Origin: Candidatus Omnitrophota bacterium
Lineage (GTDB): Bacteria > Omnitrophota > Gorgyraeia > S143-82
Length of the DNA: 60,325 bases
Direction: 5' to 3'
NCBI GenBank assembly: GCA_015494585.1
Contig: WGAY01000046.1
Location: 1-60,325, forward strand
Of the stretch, positions 50,735 through 60,325 are shown piece by piece; the stretch's first letter is position 1; the number at the start of each line of letters is the position of its first letter. The notes below the pieces were generated by a model. It saw nothing but the letters and a program-made list of their open reading frames with translations. It had not been told where the DNA came from and made no database searches. A program made the position numbers and the translations under genes.

Positions 50735-52149
50735 TCCTCAACTACCCTTTTATCAGAAAAATATATCTTCTCACTGCCGATTATCTGATAGTCCTCGTGT
50801 CCCTTACCTGCAATCACAACCACATCTCCTTCACCCGCCATATCAAGTGCGCTGTATATAGCCCTGTGTCTATCTACCTCTATAACATAGTTGGCCCTCT
50901 CAGAGAAACCAGCTATAATATCGTCTATAATTCTCTCTGGATCTTCCGTCCTGGGATTGTCGCTGGTAACCACGGCAAAGTCAGAAAACATCTCCACTGC
51001 CTCTGCCATAAGCGACCGCTTTGCCCGGTCCCTATCCCCACCTGCCCCAAACACGCATATAATTTTTCTAAACACACCCATCATCCGCAAGGAACCAAGA
51101 AGGTGTTTAAGCCCATCAGGGGTATGTGCATAATCTATCACCACTGTCCTGCCATCCACCTTCAGCACCTCCATCCTGCCAGGTACCCCTGGAAAAGAGG
51201 ACATAAATCCCGCCAGCCTATCTATATCATAGCCAAGCGATGCAACCGACAAGACTGCCTGAACCGCGTTATAGATATTGTGTATCCCTAACATAGGCAG
51301 AAAACACTGATGCCTTTTCTTGTCAAATGAAAAGGCAAAGTTTACCCCATCTTCTCGAAACTCAATATCCGAAACAACACATTCTCCGCCTTCTCCCACA
51401 CCTATGCAATGCACTCTTCGCCTTAGCTGAGCATATAAACTGCGACCATACTCATCATCTACATTTATTATAGCGGCTCCTTCATCCTTTAAATGGGAGA
51501 CAAACAATAATCTCTTTGCCGAGAAATAATCATCCATATCCGCGTGATAATCCAGATGGTCCTGAGAAAGGTTCGTAAATACCGCCCTGTCGAACATAAA
51601 ATCGCCCAGACGCCCTTGGGAAAGTGCATGAGAAGAGACCTCCATCACCAGATGTCTTATCCCCTGCCTCTGTCCTTCTCTTAATAATATAAGAAAATCT
51701 TCAATACCAGGGGTAGTAGTACCAGAGGAGACCTTCCTGCCACCAATGCGGTAATTTATTGTACCTGCTATAATAGAATCAATCCCTAGTCTGGAAAGCA
51801 AAAACTCTATCATATAAGAAACCGTTGTTTTACCATTCGTTCCGGTTATCCCTATAGAGACAAAAGAATCCAGATCCAAGCCATAAAACGAGGAGAACAG
51901 CTCCCAGAACAGGGCCTTGGTATCCTTGACCCGGAACACAGCCACTCCTTCGACGGCACTGGAAAAGCCAAAGCCTTCCTCCACTACTAGGGCCCTTGCC
52001 CCTGCCCTAACAGCATCTTGGATAAAACTATGACCGTCTAAAGAGAACCCTTTTATGGCGACAAAACAATATCCATATCTGATGCGCCTGGAGTCAGAAG
52101 TAACACCTGAGATCCCAAGATCGAGTATATCCTTGATAACAGCATTCAT
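50716..52149 (-). CDS. murE: UDP-MurNAc-dipeptide--2,6-diaminopimelate ligase
   Basis: TGTNGKTT, MEVSSH, DYAHTPD, DNPR (DAP-type), AGKGHEDYQ. Confidence 0.96.
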   Translation of the reverse strand: MNAVIKDILDLGISGVTSDSRRIRYGYCFVAIKGFSLDGHSFIQDAVRAGARALVVEEGFGFSSAVEGVAVFRVKDTKALFWELFSSFYGLDLDSFVSIGITGTNGKTTVSYMIEFLLSRLGIDSIIAGTINYRIGGRKVSSGTTTPGIEDFLILLREGQRQGIRHLVMEVSSHALSQGRLGDFMFDRAVFTNLSQDHLDYHADMDDYFSAKRLLFVSHLKDEGAAIINVDDEYGRSLYAQLRRRVHCIGVGEGGECVVSDIEFREDGVNFAFSFDKKRHQCFLPMLGIHNIYNAVQAVLSVASLGYDIDRLAGFMSSFPGVPGRMEVLKVDGRTVVIDYAHTPDGLKHLLGSLRMMGVFRKIICVFGAGGDRDRAKRSLMAEAVEMFSDFAVVTSDNPRTEDPERIIDDIIAGFSERANYVIEVDRHRAIYSALDMAGEGDVVVIAGKGHEDYQIIGSEKIYFSDKRVVEEWAPSR

Positions 52150-52186
52150 AAGCTCTTATCTCTTCAAAAATAGGACATCAAAGGCG

Positions 52187-53449
52187 CTATCGCCTCTTCC
52201 GCCTCCTCATAACCGTCATTGTCTCAATATGGCCAGTATTCGGGAAAAAGTCGAGGAAGTATACCTTCTCTATTTTATAAACCTCCTTTAATTCCAGCAA
52301 ATCTCTCCTTAACGTCATTGGGTCACAGGAGACATAAAACAGATTCCTTATCTTCCCATTCTTGCGCAAAAATTCCCTGACTGATCTGGAGAGCCCCTTT
52401 CTCGGAGGATCTACTATCACAGTATCTATTCTAGCGCGCATACGCCTGTCCTCAAAGATCTCCCAGGCAACCGAACCAGCAGAACCCAGCTTAAAAGAGA
52501 AATTGCCAAAGGTATTATATTCACTATTCACATCCAACGCCTTCTTGCAGATAGGGGCCTGCTCAACTCCGTAGACCCATCGAACCATATCAGACAGCGA
52601 CAGGCCCAACAAGCCCACTCCGCAGAATAAATCCAGTACAACCCTTGCATCAATCCGCATAGTCTCCTGCCTCAACAAGGACACAAGCCTTTCTGCCATC
52701 TCAGTATTTACCTGGAAAAAACCATCTCCATAGTAGCGGAAACGCCTGCCCGAAACCTCTTCCTCCAGCCAATCCCTCCCAACAAGCGGACGAACTGAAA
52801 GCCCTTTAATCCGCACCACACCCGCAAACCCAAGATCAGAAAATACGCTGACATCATCGCCGGACAATTCTCCATCACCTTTTACATATAGAATAAGCAA
52901 TACCTCACCATTCCTATTTACCCGAAACCCAATCCTTTCCAAGCTCATAGGCCCTTTCTCTTGCATCCGTCTTCTAACCAAGGCAAATTTTTCATTTATC
53001 TCCTTCCTGAGCAGTGCGCAGGACTCTACGTCAACAGTATTCCCCAATGCATCCCTATACCCAAATCTATTTTCATCCCAATCAATGTGAAAGACCGCCT
53101 TGTTGCGATAGTGAAAGATGGTGTTGGCTGGTTCAGAGAATATCTTCTGAGAATAAATACCCTTCAAGATTCCCGCAAGCTGGCGCAACTTCAATCTCAC
53201 CTGATAGGGATAATCGATCACCTGATAACCCGAACAAATGCGATAATGCAAGCACCTAGGATTAGTCCTATGGGAAGAAGGCCGAATTACGCGCAATAAT
53301 CTGGCCTCATCATAACTCTTGTGACGATGTATAAGCTCTGCCTCTATCAGCTCTCCATCTATCCCTTCGTCTACAAATACGGCTTTGCCTGAATCATCCT
53401 TGCAGAGGGCCTTACCCGGATATACAACATCCTTTACTATTAATTCCAT
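52187..53449 (-). CDS. rlmD: 23S rRNA m5U methyltransferase (TrmA/RlmD family)
   Basis: TRAM domain, FFQVN, DLFCGVG, DPPRKG, YVSCDPMTLRRD, FPNTGHIE. Confidence 0.9.
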   Translation of the reverse strand: MELIVKDVVYPGKALCKDDSGKAVFVDEGIDGELIEAELIHRHKSYDEARLLRVIRPSSHRTNPRCLHYRICSGYQVIDYPYQVRLKLRQLAGILKGIYSQKIFSEPANTIFHYRNKAVFHIDWDENRFGYRDALGNTVDVESCALLRKEINEKFALVRRRMQEKGPMSLERIGFRVNRNGEVLLILYVKGDGELSGDDVSVFSDLGFAGVVRIKGLSVRPLVGRDWLEEEVSGRRFRYYGDGFFQVNTEMAERLVSLLRQETMRIDARVVLDLFCGVGLLGLSLSDMVRWVYGVEQAPICKKALDVNSEYNTFGNFSFKLGSAGSVAWEIFEDRRMRARIDTVIVDPPRKGLSRSVREFLRKNGKIRNLFYVSCDPMTLRRDLLELKEVYKIEKVYFLDFFPNTGHIETMTVMRRRKRR

Positions 53450-53464
53450 AACAAACCTTTGCTC

Positions 53465-54424
53465 TTACTCTTCCAACCTATTCCTTATCTCATCAATCAG
53501 TTTATCAATGCCCTCCCCAGTCCTGGCTGAGATTAAGACAGGGCGTTGATTGGTGCGGGCAATAAATTCATCGACAATACTATAATCCTCCAGCAGATCT
53601 ATTTTATTGAGGACCACAATCTGGGACTTCTCAAGAATAGAAGGATTGTATCTCCTCATCTCCTCTAGCAGTATAACATAGGCATCCCAGGCAGCTATCT
53701 CAGTCATCGGAGAGGCATCTATCAGATACACGAGTATTCTGGCCCTCTCTATGTGCCGCAGAAACTTATCTCCTAATCCCTTACCTTTATGTGCCCCCTC
53801 TATTATCCCCGGCATATCCGCAATTACCACATCCAAGTCTGCAAGCATCCCCAATACTGGATTTTTGGTAGTAAATGGATAGGCCCCAACAACCGAACCC
53901 GCACCAGTAAGGGCATTAAGCAGCGTAGACTTACCAGAGCTGGGCAGGCCAACTATACCAACATCTGCCAAGACCTTCAGTTCCAGATTAAGCTGGCGTT
54001 CCTGACCCTCACCAGGAGGCACAACAGAGTGATCCCTGGTATAGGCACTGCCAATCCCTCCTTTACCGCCACGGGCCACAACCACCTTCATCCCAGGGCT
54101 AGAAAGGTCCTTTAAGAGTTTGCCCGTAAGTGCATCCCTTACAAGAGTACCAACAGGGACGCGAATAATTAGATCCTCTGCATTCGCCCCATGCCTTTTA
54201 TTACTGCTTCCATGCTTTCCGTTATCTGCCTTAAAATGCTGTCTGAAGTGCAAGTGTCTGAGGGTATTTATAGAGGGATCGGCCTGAATAACAACATCCC
54301 CGCCCTTTCCACCGCATCCCCCATCAAAGCGGGGATAACGCATGTATTTATTCTTATACTTGCTGGGGCAGCCCCTGCCGCCATCGCCAGCCTTTACCCA
54401 TATTCGTACTTGGTCTATTGCCAT
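53465..54424 (-). CDS. obgE: GTPase Obg/CgtA (short form)
   Basis: Gly-rich Obg fold, YPFTT, DMPG, FLRHIER, NKID; downstream of rpmA. Confidence 0.95.
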   Translation of the reverse strand: MAIDQVRIWVKAGDGGRGCPSKYKNKYMRYPRFDGGCGGKGGDVVIQADPSINTLRHLHFRQHFKADNGKHGSSNKRHGANAEDLIIRVPVGTLVRDALTGKLLKDLSSPGMKVVVARGGKGGIGSAYTRDHSVVPPGEGQERQLNLELKVLADVGIVGLPSSGKSTLLNALTGAGSVVGAYPFTTKNPVLGMLADLDVVIADMPGIIEGAHKGKGLGDKFLRHIERARILVYLIDASPMTEIAAWDAYVILLEEMRRYNPSILEKSQIVVLNKIDLLEDYSIVDEFIARTNQRPVLISARTGEGIDKLIDEIRNRLEE

Positions 54425-54669
54425 CAGGCAAGAGGCTCAACGGCTACAAGGCCAGGCTTTGGGAAAGAGACAACCCCATCTATCAGGGCAAAGAGGGTAT
54501 AATCCCCTCCCATACCTACATTCCTGCCGGGCTTAAACTTCGTTCCCCTCTGTCGGACTATTATCGTACCAGCCTTCACATACTGGCCACCGAATCTTTT
54601 TACTCCAAGAAATTTTGCCCTGGAATCGCGGCCATTTTTGGTACTACCCATTCCTTTCTTATGAGCCAT
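54424..54669 (-). CDS. rpmA: 50S ribosomal protein L27
   Basis: [24 protein letters not shown]. Confidence 0.98.
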   Translation of the reverse strand: MAHKKGMGSTKNGRDSRAKFLGVKRFGGQYVKAGTIIVRQRGTKFKPGRNVGMGGDYTLFALIDGVVSFPKPGLVAVEPLA

Positions 54670-54806
54670 AACTCACACCCCTTTCACCTTTATTTTTATT
54701 AAGAACGAAGAAGAAAGCATGGAGAATGAAGGGATTATTTTTCATAAAATATCTTAAGCTTCCCTCCTCATCCTTCATGCTTTTTAACACTTTTTATTGC
54801 ACAACT

Positions 54807-55118
54807 TCATTTAGAAATCTTATTTATCTTCACTCTAGAAAGCCTCTGTCTGTGCCCATTTTTTACACGATATTTATGCCTTCGCCTGTATTTAAATACG
54901 ATTACCTTCTTACCTTTTCTCTGTTCCTCCAGAGTCGCCTTTACTTCCATCCCTTCTATATAAGGGCTACCTACATGTATCTTCTGTCCATCTGAATACA
55001 GCAACACCTTATCAAAGATAACAAGGGAACCCTCTTCCCCATCTATTTTCTCCACATCCAGCACACTGCCTTCCTCTACCTTATATTGCTTTCCACCCCA
55101 TTCCACAACCGCATACAT
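54807..55118 (-). CDS. rplU: 50S ribosomal protein L21
   Basis: MYAVVEWGGKQYKV, GHRQ. Confidence 0.97.
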   Translation of the reverse strand: MYAVVEWGGKQYKVEEGSVLDVEKIDGEEGSLVIFDKVLLYSDGQKIHVGSPYIEGMEVKATLEEQRKGKKVIVFKYRRRHKYRVKNGHRQRLSRVKINKISK

Positions 55119-55230
55119 AATAAAACCTCCTTAAATATCCATTTATATATAGAGCATGGATAATAAAAATCTCTTCCTACCTTATCCTCAATTTTTAAAA
55201 CCTTCTCTTAATCTTAAACTTAATTTTAGA

Positions 55231-55259
55231 ATTGTAAACAATTCCTAGAGAATCGTCAA
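55231..55259 (-). promoter_or_regulatory. Sigma70 promoter upstream of rplU
   Basis: Minus strand TTGACG-N17-TACAAT. Confidence 0.68.
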
Positions 55260-55276
55260 GGACTAAATTAATAATA

Positions 55277-55350
55277 CGTCCCCGGAGGGATTCGAACCCC
55301 CGACACGCGGCTTAGAAGGCCGCTGCTCTATCCTACTGAGCTACGGGGAC
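55277..55350 (-). tRNA. tRNA-Arg(TCT)
   Basis: Reverse complement GTCCCCG...GCGGC-CT-TCT-AA-GCCGC...GGTTCGAATCC...CGGGGAC-G. Confidence 0.95.
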
Positions 55351-55360
55351 ATAATCAAAA

Positions 55361-55436
55361 TCGGGGAGGTGGGATTCGAACCCACGACCCCCTGCTCCCA
55401 AAGCAGGTACTCTAAACCAAACTGAGCCACTCCCCG
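55361..55436 (-). tRNA. tRNA-Pro(TGG)
   Basis: Reverse complement CGGGGAG...CCTGC-TT-TGG-GA-GCAGG...GGTTCGAATCC...CTCCCCG-A. Confidence 0.95.
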
Positions 55437-55450
55437 ATAAACAGAAATAA

Positions 55451-55829
55451 ACCCAGATTATGCATTATTATGCATGAGAATTCTTTATCTTCCATCGCCC
55501 TGTTAATCAAACCTCTCTTTCCTAATCCAAATATAACTCAAATCTAAAATCTCAAAAGTCAAATCCACAGCTTAAAACCTTAAATCTCTTTATTTTATCC
55601 TTTCTTTTCTCTTCATCGTCAGCTGAGCTGCCAATTCTTGCACTCCGATTTTGCCTTCCTTAACTCCGCTTTTTCTGTATCCCATGTTAAAAATAGTTTT
55701 GAGCTTTAAGTTGTGGTTTTTAGTTTTGACTTTTGAGTTTTTAGTTTAACCGCATGGTGAATTCTTATTTTTAGCTTTTCCTATTGTCCTACATCATCAT
55801 ATTTTAATTCCCTATTGTACAATTTGGGT
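55451..55829. mobile_element. Non-autonomous repeat element (MITE-like), copy 2
   Basis: Same orientation as copy 1. Ends ACCCAGATT...AATTTGGGT (8/9 inverted match); flanks GAAATAA and TAAATAA. Confidence 0.72.
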
Positions 55830-55903
55830 TAAATAATTACACCAAGCCTATAAAGGGTAACAAAGACTTACATCTGTTGTCAATAACCTTTTTTACTCAT
55901 ACC

Positions 55904-58900
55904 CTAATAAGGGTGCTTATTATACATCGTCGGATCCTTCTCCACAAAATAGGCAGAGAGACCAACGTAAGACAGGTCTCCAGGTGGAAGTCCATTAGAA
56001 TAATCGTGTGCCGCATAGGTCAGAGGGGGGTTGGCATTAATAGAACCACTAAATACAGTCTTATTATAATCATATGACCATCTGTTCCAGTCTCTATACT
56101 GTTTCGAAACAACATGGGGGAACATCCCTTCTATGCGCACAGAGGCAGGATTGCTATATTCATCATCTCCTCCAAACCATGACCAGTTCTCTATATATCT
56201 TATTGTATCCCCCCTATATTCCCCACTAACAATAGCGGCATTAATTACGACTTGACGATTATCTGCATCATCTTTAACCGCCACCATTGCAGGGACTAAT
56301 CCATAATCGGTCTGCCATTCATATTCATCAGGCTCTATCTTTCCATCCCCATCTAAATCCACTGGAACCTTCGTTGCAGTCAAAGGATTTCGAGAAACTT
56401 TAAAATAATAGTTTATCTTGGACTCAAGGTCCTCTACTCTCTCCTTTGAAGGATCGAATTGTTTATCCAGATAGTTTTCAAGTAAACCTTCATCGGGGGC
56501 GCCGTATTTTCTGTCCCGTTCACTTATCTTTGCAGTATAGAATTCCTTTACCGCATCTCTAATGGCCTCCAGTTTCTTGTTATACAATTCTTCTGAATCC
56601 TTATTCGGATCAGGCCAATAACTGGTATTCCTGGGAAGACCCAACTTGGACTTCACATAATCACTCAGATATCTATTCCAACCTCTATAGGGCTTAACTG
56701 GTTCGCCATAGGCAGGCACATATTCTGGGGCCTTAAAGTCCTTTGAAAGGACATATACATCACCATCGGTTACTATTGCTACTGGCTCGTATTGCTGTTC
56801 TTCCTCTCCATATTGATAGTTCAGGTCTCCCTGAATCATCACAGACTGAGGAGTTGCAATAGTAAGCCCTCCTTCTCGTGGAATCTCCTCCCCATTTACG
56901 ATTCGTACGGCTGTATCGTACCAATTATCTTCACCCGGTGGCTTTACGTCTATCCATATCACACCATTTATAGCATCATCTATATTGGGTATATCGTTTT
57001 TAAGTTCCTCTAGGTCGATCGTATATGCCGTAACTCTCCTTTCTCCATTTGTTGCATTTCCAGTGATAAAATTATCCTTGCTCAACCAGTCAGGCAGCTC
57101 GTTCATATTCCTACTATCCTTGTCATAGACCATATGGCCTCTAATATATATGCGAAAATGCTGTCTTCTATCATCACCCCTTTCATAGCCAACCCATATA
57201 CCATCTTCTTTTGCCTGATATGGAAGAGTTGTTCTCAATTCCACTGGCTCAAGAGTAACAGCACCCGTGCTGCCCTCTTTTATCACACCTGTTAGATCAA
57301 CAATACCATTTCTACCATGTTCAAAATCTATATCATCCGGTGTATATTTCCCTTCAATCCAATCCTTAAACCTCTGGGCATGTGGACCAAAGCCAGTATT
57401 TAAGGCATTAAACCCATCATATTCAGGGTATCCAAATTCCGGAAATTCTGCATCTCCTCTATAATAACCATTCTCAATATAATTCCTGAGTTTTTCGGGG
57501 ATATCACTATAATGTCTCTTCCTAAACATACTTGCCCAGAGCTTCTGTTCTTTCGCCACATTATACGTTACTTCATGCGGAATGTAGTCCACTATCACCT
57601 TCTTCTTCAAACCAGGATCGTATTCATATACAGGCTCATTATATATAACATATTTGGTGCTCTCATCCACTGGTATTGTCGCGGTCTTGATGTTGCCAGT
57701 TTCGTCTATATACTTCATCGTAATTGTATCATCTGTGGTCTGCTTTCCATCAAAGACCTCAGCTACTTCAGCATTCGCTGGATTAGAAGTAAATTCCCAT
57801 ACAATATTTCCCTGTTTATCTATCTTTACAGAACCATCCTCATTTCTAGCCTTTCTAAACAGGCGCACATATCTAACTGGCTTCTCTCCTTCTCCTGCCC
57901 CAACTTCATCGTGATCTTTATCTTTATATATATCAAACTTGTAATTTATCGGATCACTTTTGCTACTCCCAAAGATCAACACTGGTGTCCTGACAGTTAC
58001 AGAACTATTACCGCCTAAGTCCAATTTATCGCCCATCACACTTTGGTCAAAGTGGAAATCAGCATATCCCCAGGCACGCTTTGCTCCCCTACCAATAAGG
58101 GATGAAGGCCACCACCTTTGCCATCTATCTGTCCCATTTCCAGGCCTCAAAGAACTTTCACCAGAAACATGACTGTAATAATATCCTCCAGAACGATACC
58201 CTCTATAAAATTCATCGTTTATCATAGGGAAATAGCCAAGGCCATCCAACTGAGCGTCGTTTTTAGATAAACCATTTGCCTGGGCATTGTAGAGCCAGTA
58301 ATCCCCCTCATAAGGTGGATACTTATTATCAGTTACCACGTATATTCTACCTGCTGAATTTGTACTTAACATTGGGACATTAACAAAACGTGTATGACCC
58401 GCAAATCTTATATCTCCATTCACATATATACTACCTATTCCTTTACCATCAAAGGTAATATTCCCAAAAGTATGTCCTCTATTATAAAAATGGAAAAATT
58501 CAAGCAAACTGCCATAGACCATACTGGCCCTGACAACCCTTACAATTCCATTAACCTGAGCCAGAGAAACAGCCCAGATAGTATCATTCTCATCTTTATA
58601 CACACGCACCCTGACCCTATCATCACCTAATGGAAGATAATCTCCATTTTCATCTATCATGGCCCCCTTTATCTTGGGGTTGTGCGGTCCGGGCAAACGC
58701 ACCAAAGACTCACCATCCACCCCAATCTCATGCGTAAACCAATCTGACCCCTGTTCTCTCATCTCTGCATAGGCCAGTGCAAGACCTTCCTCAGCCAGGT
58801 ACAGCGCATCTTCAGCAGATTCTACAGTATCCGTAAACTTCTTCTGGGATATATTCATCTGAAACAACAAAGCACCTGCAAAGACTGCCACAACAAGGAG

Positions 58901-58954
58901 TATTAGCGCAAAAGGTATCAGCATCATTCCTCTTCTATTATGAAATACCTTCAC
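55904..58954 (-). CDS. Large PilX-like minor pilin/adhesin (1016 aa)
   Basis: Basic leader then RRG|MMLIPFALILLVV hydrophobic helix lacking Glu5, followed by ALYLAEEGL (PilX N-terminal pattern). Third gene of a pilin triplet. Confidence 0.78.
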   Translation of the reverse strand: MKVFHNRRGMMLIPFALILLVVAVFAGALLFQMNISQKKFTDTVESAEDALYLAEEGLALAYAEMREQGSDWFTHEIGVDGESLVRLPGPHNPKIKGAMIDENGDYLPLGDDRVRVRVYKDENDTIWAVSLAQVNGIVRVVRASMVYGSLLEFFHFYNRGHTFGNITFDGKGIGSIYVNGDIRFAGHTRFVNVPMLSTNSAGRIYVVTDNKYPPYEGDYWLYNAQANGLSKNDAQLDGLGYFPMINDEFYRGYRSGGYYYSHVSGESSLRPGNGTDRWQRWWPSSLIGRGAKRAWGYADFHFDQSVMGDKLDLGGNSSVTVRTPVLIFGSSKSDPINYKFDIYKDKDHDEVGAGEGEKPVRYVRLFRKARNEDGSVKIDKQGNIVWEFTSNPANAEVAEVFDGKQTTDDTITMKYIDETGNIKTATIPVDESTKYVIYNEPVYEYDPGLKKKVIVDYIPHEVTYNVAKEQKLWASMFRKRHYSDIPEKLRNYIENGYYRGDAEFPEFGYPEYDGFNALNTGFGPHAQRFKDWIEGKYTPDDIDFEHGRNGIVDLTGVIKEGSTGAVTLEPVELRTTLPYQAKEDGIWVGYERGDDRRQHFRIYIRGHMVYDKDSRNMNELPDWLSKDNFITGNATNGERRVTAYTIDLEELKNDIPNIDDAINGVIWIDVKPPGEDNWYDTAVRIVNGEEIPREGGLTIATPQSVMIQGDLNYQYGEEEQQYEPVAIVTDGDVYVLSKDFKAPEYVPAYGEPVKPYRGWNRYLSDYVKSKLGLPRNTSYWPDPNKDSEELYNKKLEAIRDAVKEFYTAKISERDRKYGAPDEGLLENYLDKQFDPSKERVEDLESKINYYFKVSRNPLTATKVPVDLDGDGKIEPDEYEWQTDYGLVPAMVAVKDDADNRQVVINAAIVSGEYRGDTIRYIENWSWFGGDDEYSNPASVRIEGMFPHVVSKQYRDWNRWSYDYNKTVFSGSINANPPLTYAAHDYSNGLPPGDLSYVGLSAYFVEKDPTMYNKHPY

Positions 58955-58976
58955 AATACACCTCCCAGATTTAACC

Positions 58977-59588
58977 TCAAGGGCCCCTTAGCTTCACCTG
59001 AAACACCTTCTTAAAATCTACATTATTCGAACCAATCTCAAAGTGTATCACCCGTGGCAAATAATCTTTCTCATATTTACCAGTCGTATCCAGCCCTTTG
59101 ACTAGAAAAGTGGCATCATGTACTAATATCTCTTTAACCAATAAAGCACTTTTAGCCGGCTCTCCACTCCATATCTCACGTACCAGATCGCTATTGCCAT
59201 CGAGCCTTATCCGTATCCATCTACCCACTACATTACCATCCCCCCAATAACTGGTACCATCTTCAACAGAGGCAATCTGTCCAGTCAATGGATCAGGGGT
59301 TAATAGCTGATATTGAATCTCCGTATCTCCACTTATCTCAAGTGGGTGATAAATGGTATTCAAAGGATCCTTCTTAGAAGTCCTAACCATATCAAAATAT
59401 ACCTTATCCGCCGCCTGTTCCACCTCATGTAAAACCATCATCTCCTCAGTGAGAGAATTCATAGTATGGCTAAAGAAGTAGATCATCCCAACTATACTAC
59501 CTGAAATAATCACCGCAATCGTAGTCGATAACAAAAGCTCAATCAGCGTAAGCCCTTTTCTCTTTTTCAGTTTAAAAACATGTTCCAT
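58977..59588 (-). CDS. Prepilin-type protein (PilW/PulJ-like)
   Basis: KKRKG|LTLIELLLS N-methylation motif. Confidence 0.85.
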   Translation of the reverse strand: MEHVFKLKKRKGLTLIELLLSTTIAVIISGSIVGMIYFFSHTMNSLTEEMMVLHEVEQAADKVYFDMVRTSKKDPLNTIYHPLEISGDTEIQYQLLTPDPLTGQIASVEDGTSYWGDGNVVGRWIRIRLDGNSDLVREIWSGEPAKSALLVKEILVHDATFLVKGLDTTGKYEKDYLPRVIHFEIGSNNVDFKKVFQVKLRGP

Positions 59589-59599
59589 AATCCATCCTC

Positions 59600-60325
59600 T
59601 TAAAGCACGGGCGCCAGTACCGTCTCTATCTCAACTGGAGCCTTCAGGATCCTATTCCAGCCATTATAACCATACCAATCCTCCAGCCAGTATTCCCAGA
59701 CCTTACCTCTATTTGAGCTTATCCTCCTCTCACTCCAATCCAATTGACCATTGAAATTCGTATCCCCACCGTAGATGATGTCTCCATCCCTCCAGTAAAC
59801 AATCACCTTAACTATAATCGCCCAATCCCTCTCAGCACCGCTAGTCATTTTTATCTTTCGCATATATACCCGCACCCAACCCTCTTCAAGGCCCATTGGA
59901 TCGAAATATTCCTTCTTATAAGGATCAATATCATTACACAACCTATCCACGCTATTACTAGTCTGTCCTCTCTTTGCTTCAATGATTGCATTCTCCCCTT
60001 TCAGTGGATTGCCTGCTGCATCATAGCCCTTAAATCGATAAGCATATCCATCAAAATAACCATTATTCATACACAACCACAATATATGGTGAAACTGCAT
60101 CCGTCTTAAGCCCTCTATCTCCTGGACCGCTATCTGCCAGGCCCTCTCCCTCTGATTGATATAGCGGGTAAGCCTTTGACTACTGATATACAGCTGAAAA
60201 CTACTGGCAATCGCCACCGCCAAGAGGGCCATACCTATCATTACCTCAATAAGAGAAAAACCGCATTTACCGAACTGAGAGGTCAGCTTTTTATATTCAA
60301 CAAACTTGCAAATACACATATACAC
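59600..60325 (-). CDS. Prepilin-type protein (PilV/PulI-like); start at or near window edge
   Basis: CG|FSLIEVMIGMALL N-methylation motif, followed by AWQIAVQEIEGLR. Confidence 0.85.
   Translation of the reverse strand: MYMCICKFVEYKKLTSQFGKCGFSLIEVMIGMALLAVAIASSFQLYISSQRLTRYINQRERAWQIAVQEIEGLRRMQFHHILWLCMNNGYFDGYAYRFKGYDAAGNPLKGENAIIEAKRGQTSNSVDRLCNDIDPYKKEYFDPMGLEEGWVRVYMRKIKMTSGAERDWAIIVKVIVYWRDGDIIYGGDTNFNGQLDWSERRISSNRGKVWEYWLEDWYGYNGWNRILKAPVEIETVLAPVL

Noticed and set aside
54670-54806. prp/ysxB gene between rplU and rpmA
   Set aside because: The gap is too short, has no convincing ORF, and L27 starts MAHKK without the cleavable extension.
55277-55460. Prophage or genomic-island attachment site at the tRNAs
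   Set aside because: No integrase and no duplicated tRNA 3' end seen in the window; the repeat lies on the 5' side of tRNA-Pro.

Overview
Bacterial chromosome segment, mostly housekeeping genes. About 52 CDSs are recognisable, all but one on the minus strand, plus five tRNAs (Leu-CAG, Ser-GGA, Arg-CCG, Arg-TCT, Pro-TGG). Functions covered: translation and ribosome (rbfA, proS, argS, rplY, rplU, rpmA, obgE, mnmE, rsmE, rlmD), cell wall (glmU, glmS, murE/murF, and separately murD/ftsW), amino acid, nucleotide and isoprenoid metabolism (ilvD, ilvE, leuB, a tyrA-cmk fusion, pyrD/pyrK, prs, ispG, gcvT/gcvH), DNA repair and uptake (recG, rarA, comEC) and hsp20 with CIRCE-like operators. Unusual content: (i) an 1880-aa secreted protein with an HEXXH motif and an internal twin-arginine signal-like segment; (ii) a pilV/pilW/pilX-like minor pilin cluster whose PilX-like member is 1016 aa; (iii) a ~375-bp non-autonomous repeat element with nested inverted repeats, in two full copies and one partial copy; (iv) a decayed PD-(D/E)XK nuclease remnant; (v) a laminaribiose-phosphorylase-like GH94 gene embedded in the glmU-prs-rplY-glmS run; (vi) three small proteins missed by the ORF track. 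The gene content suggests Omnitrophota (PVC superphylum), but that is inference and not verified. No CRISPR array, rRNA, integrase or intact transposase was seen. All family assignments come from motif recognition by eye; no searches were run.
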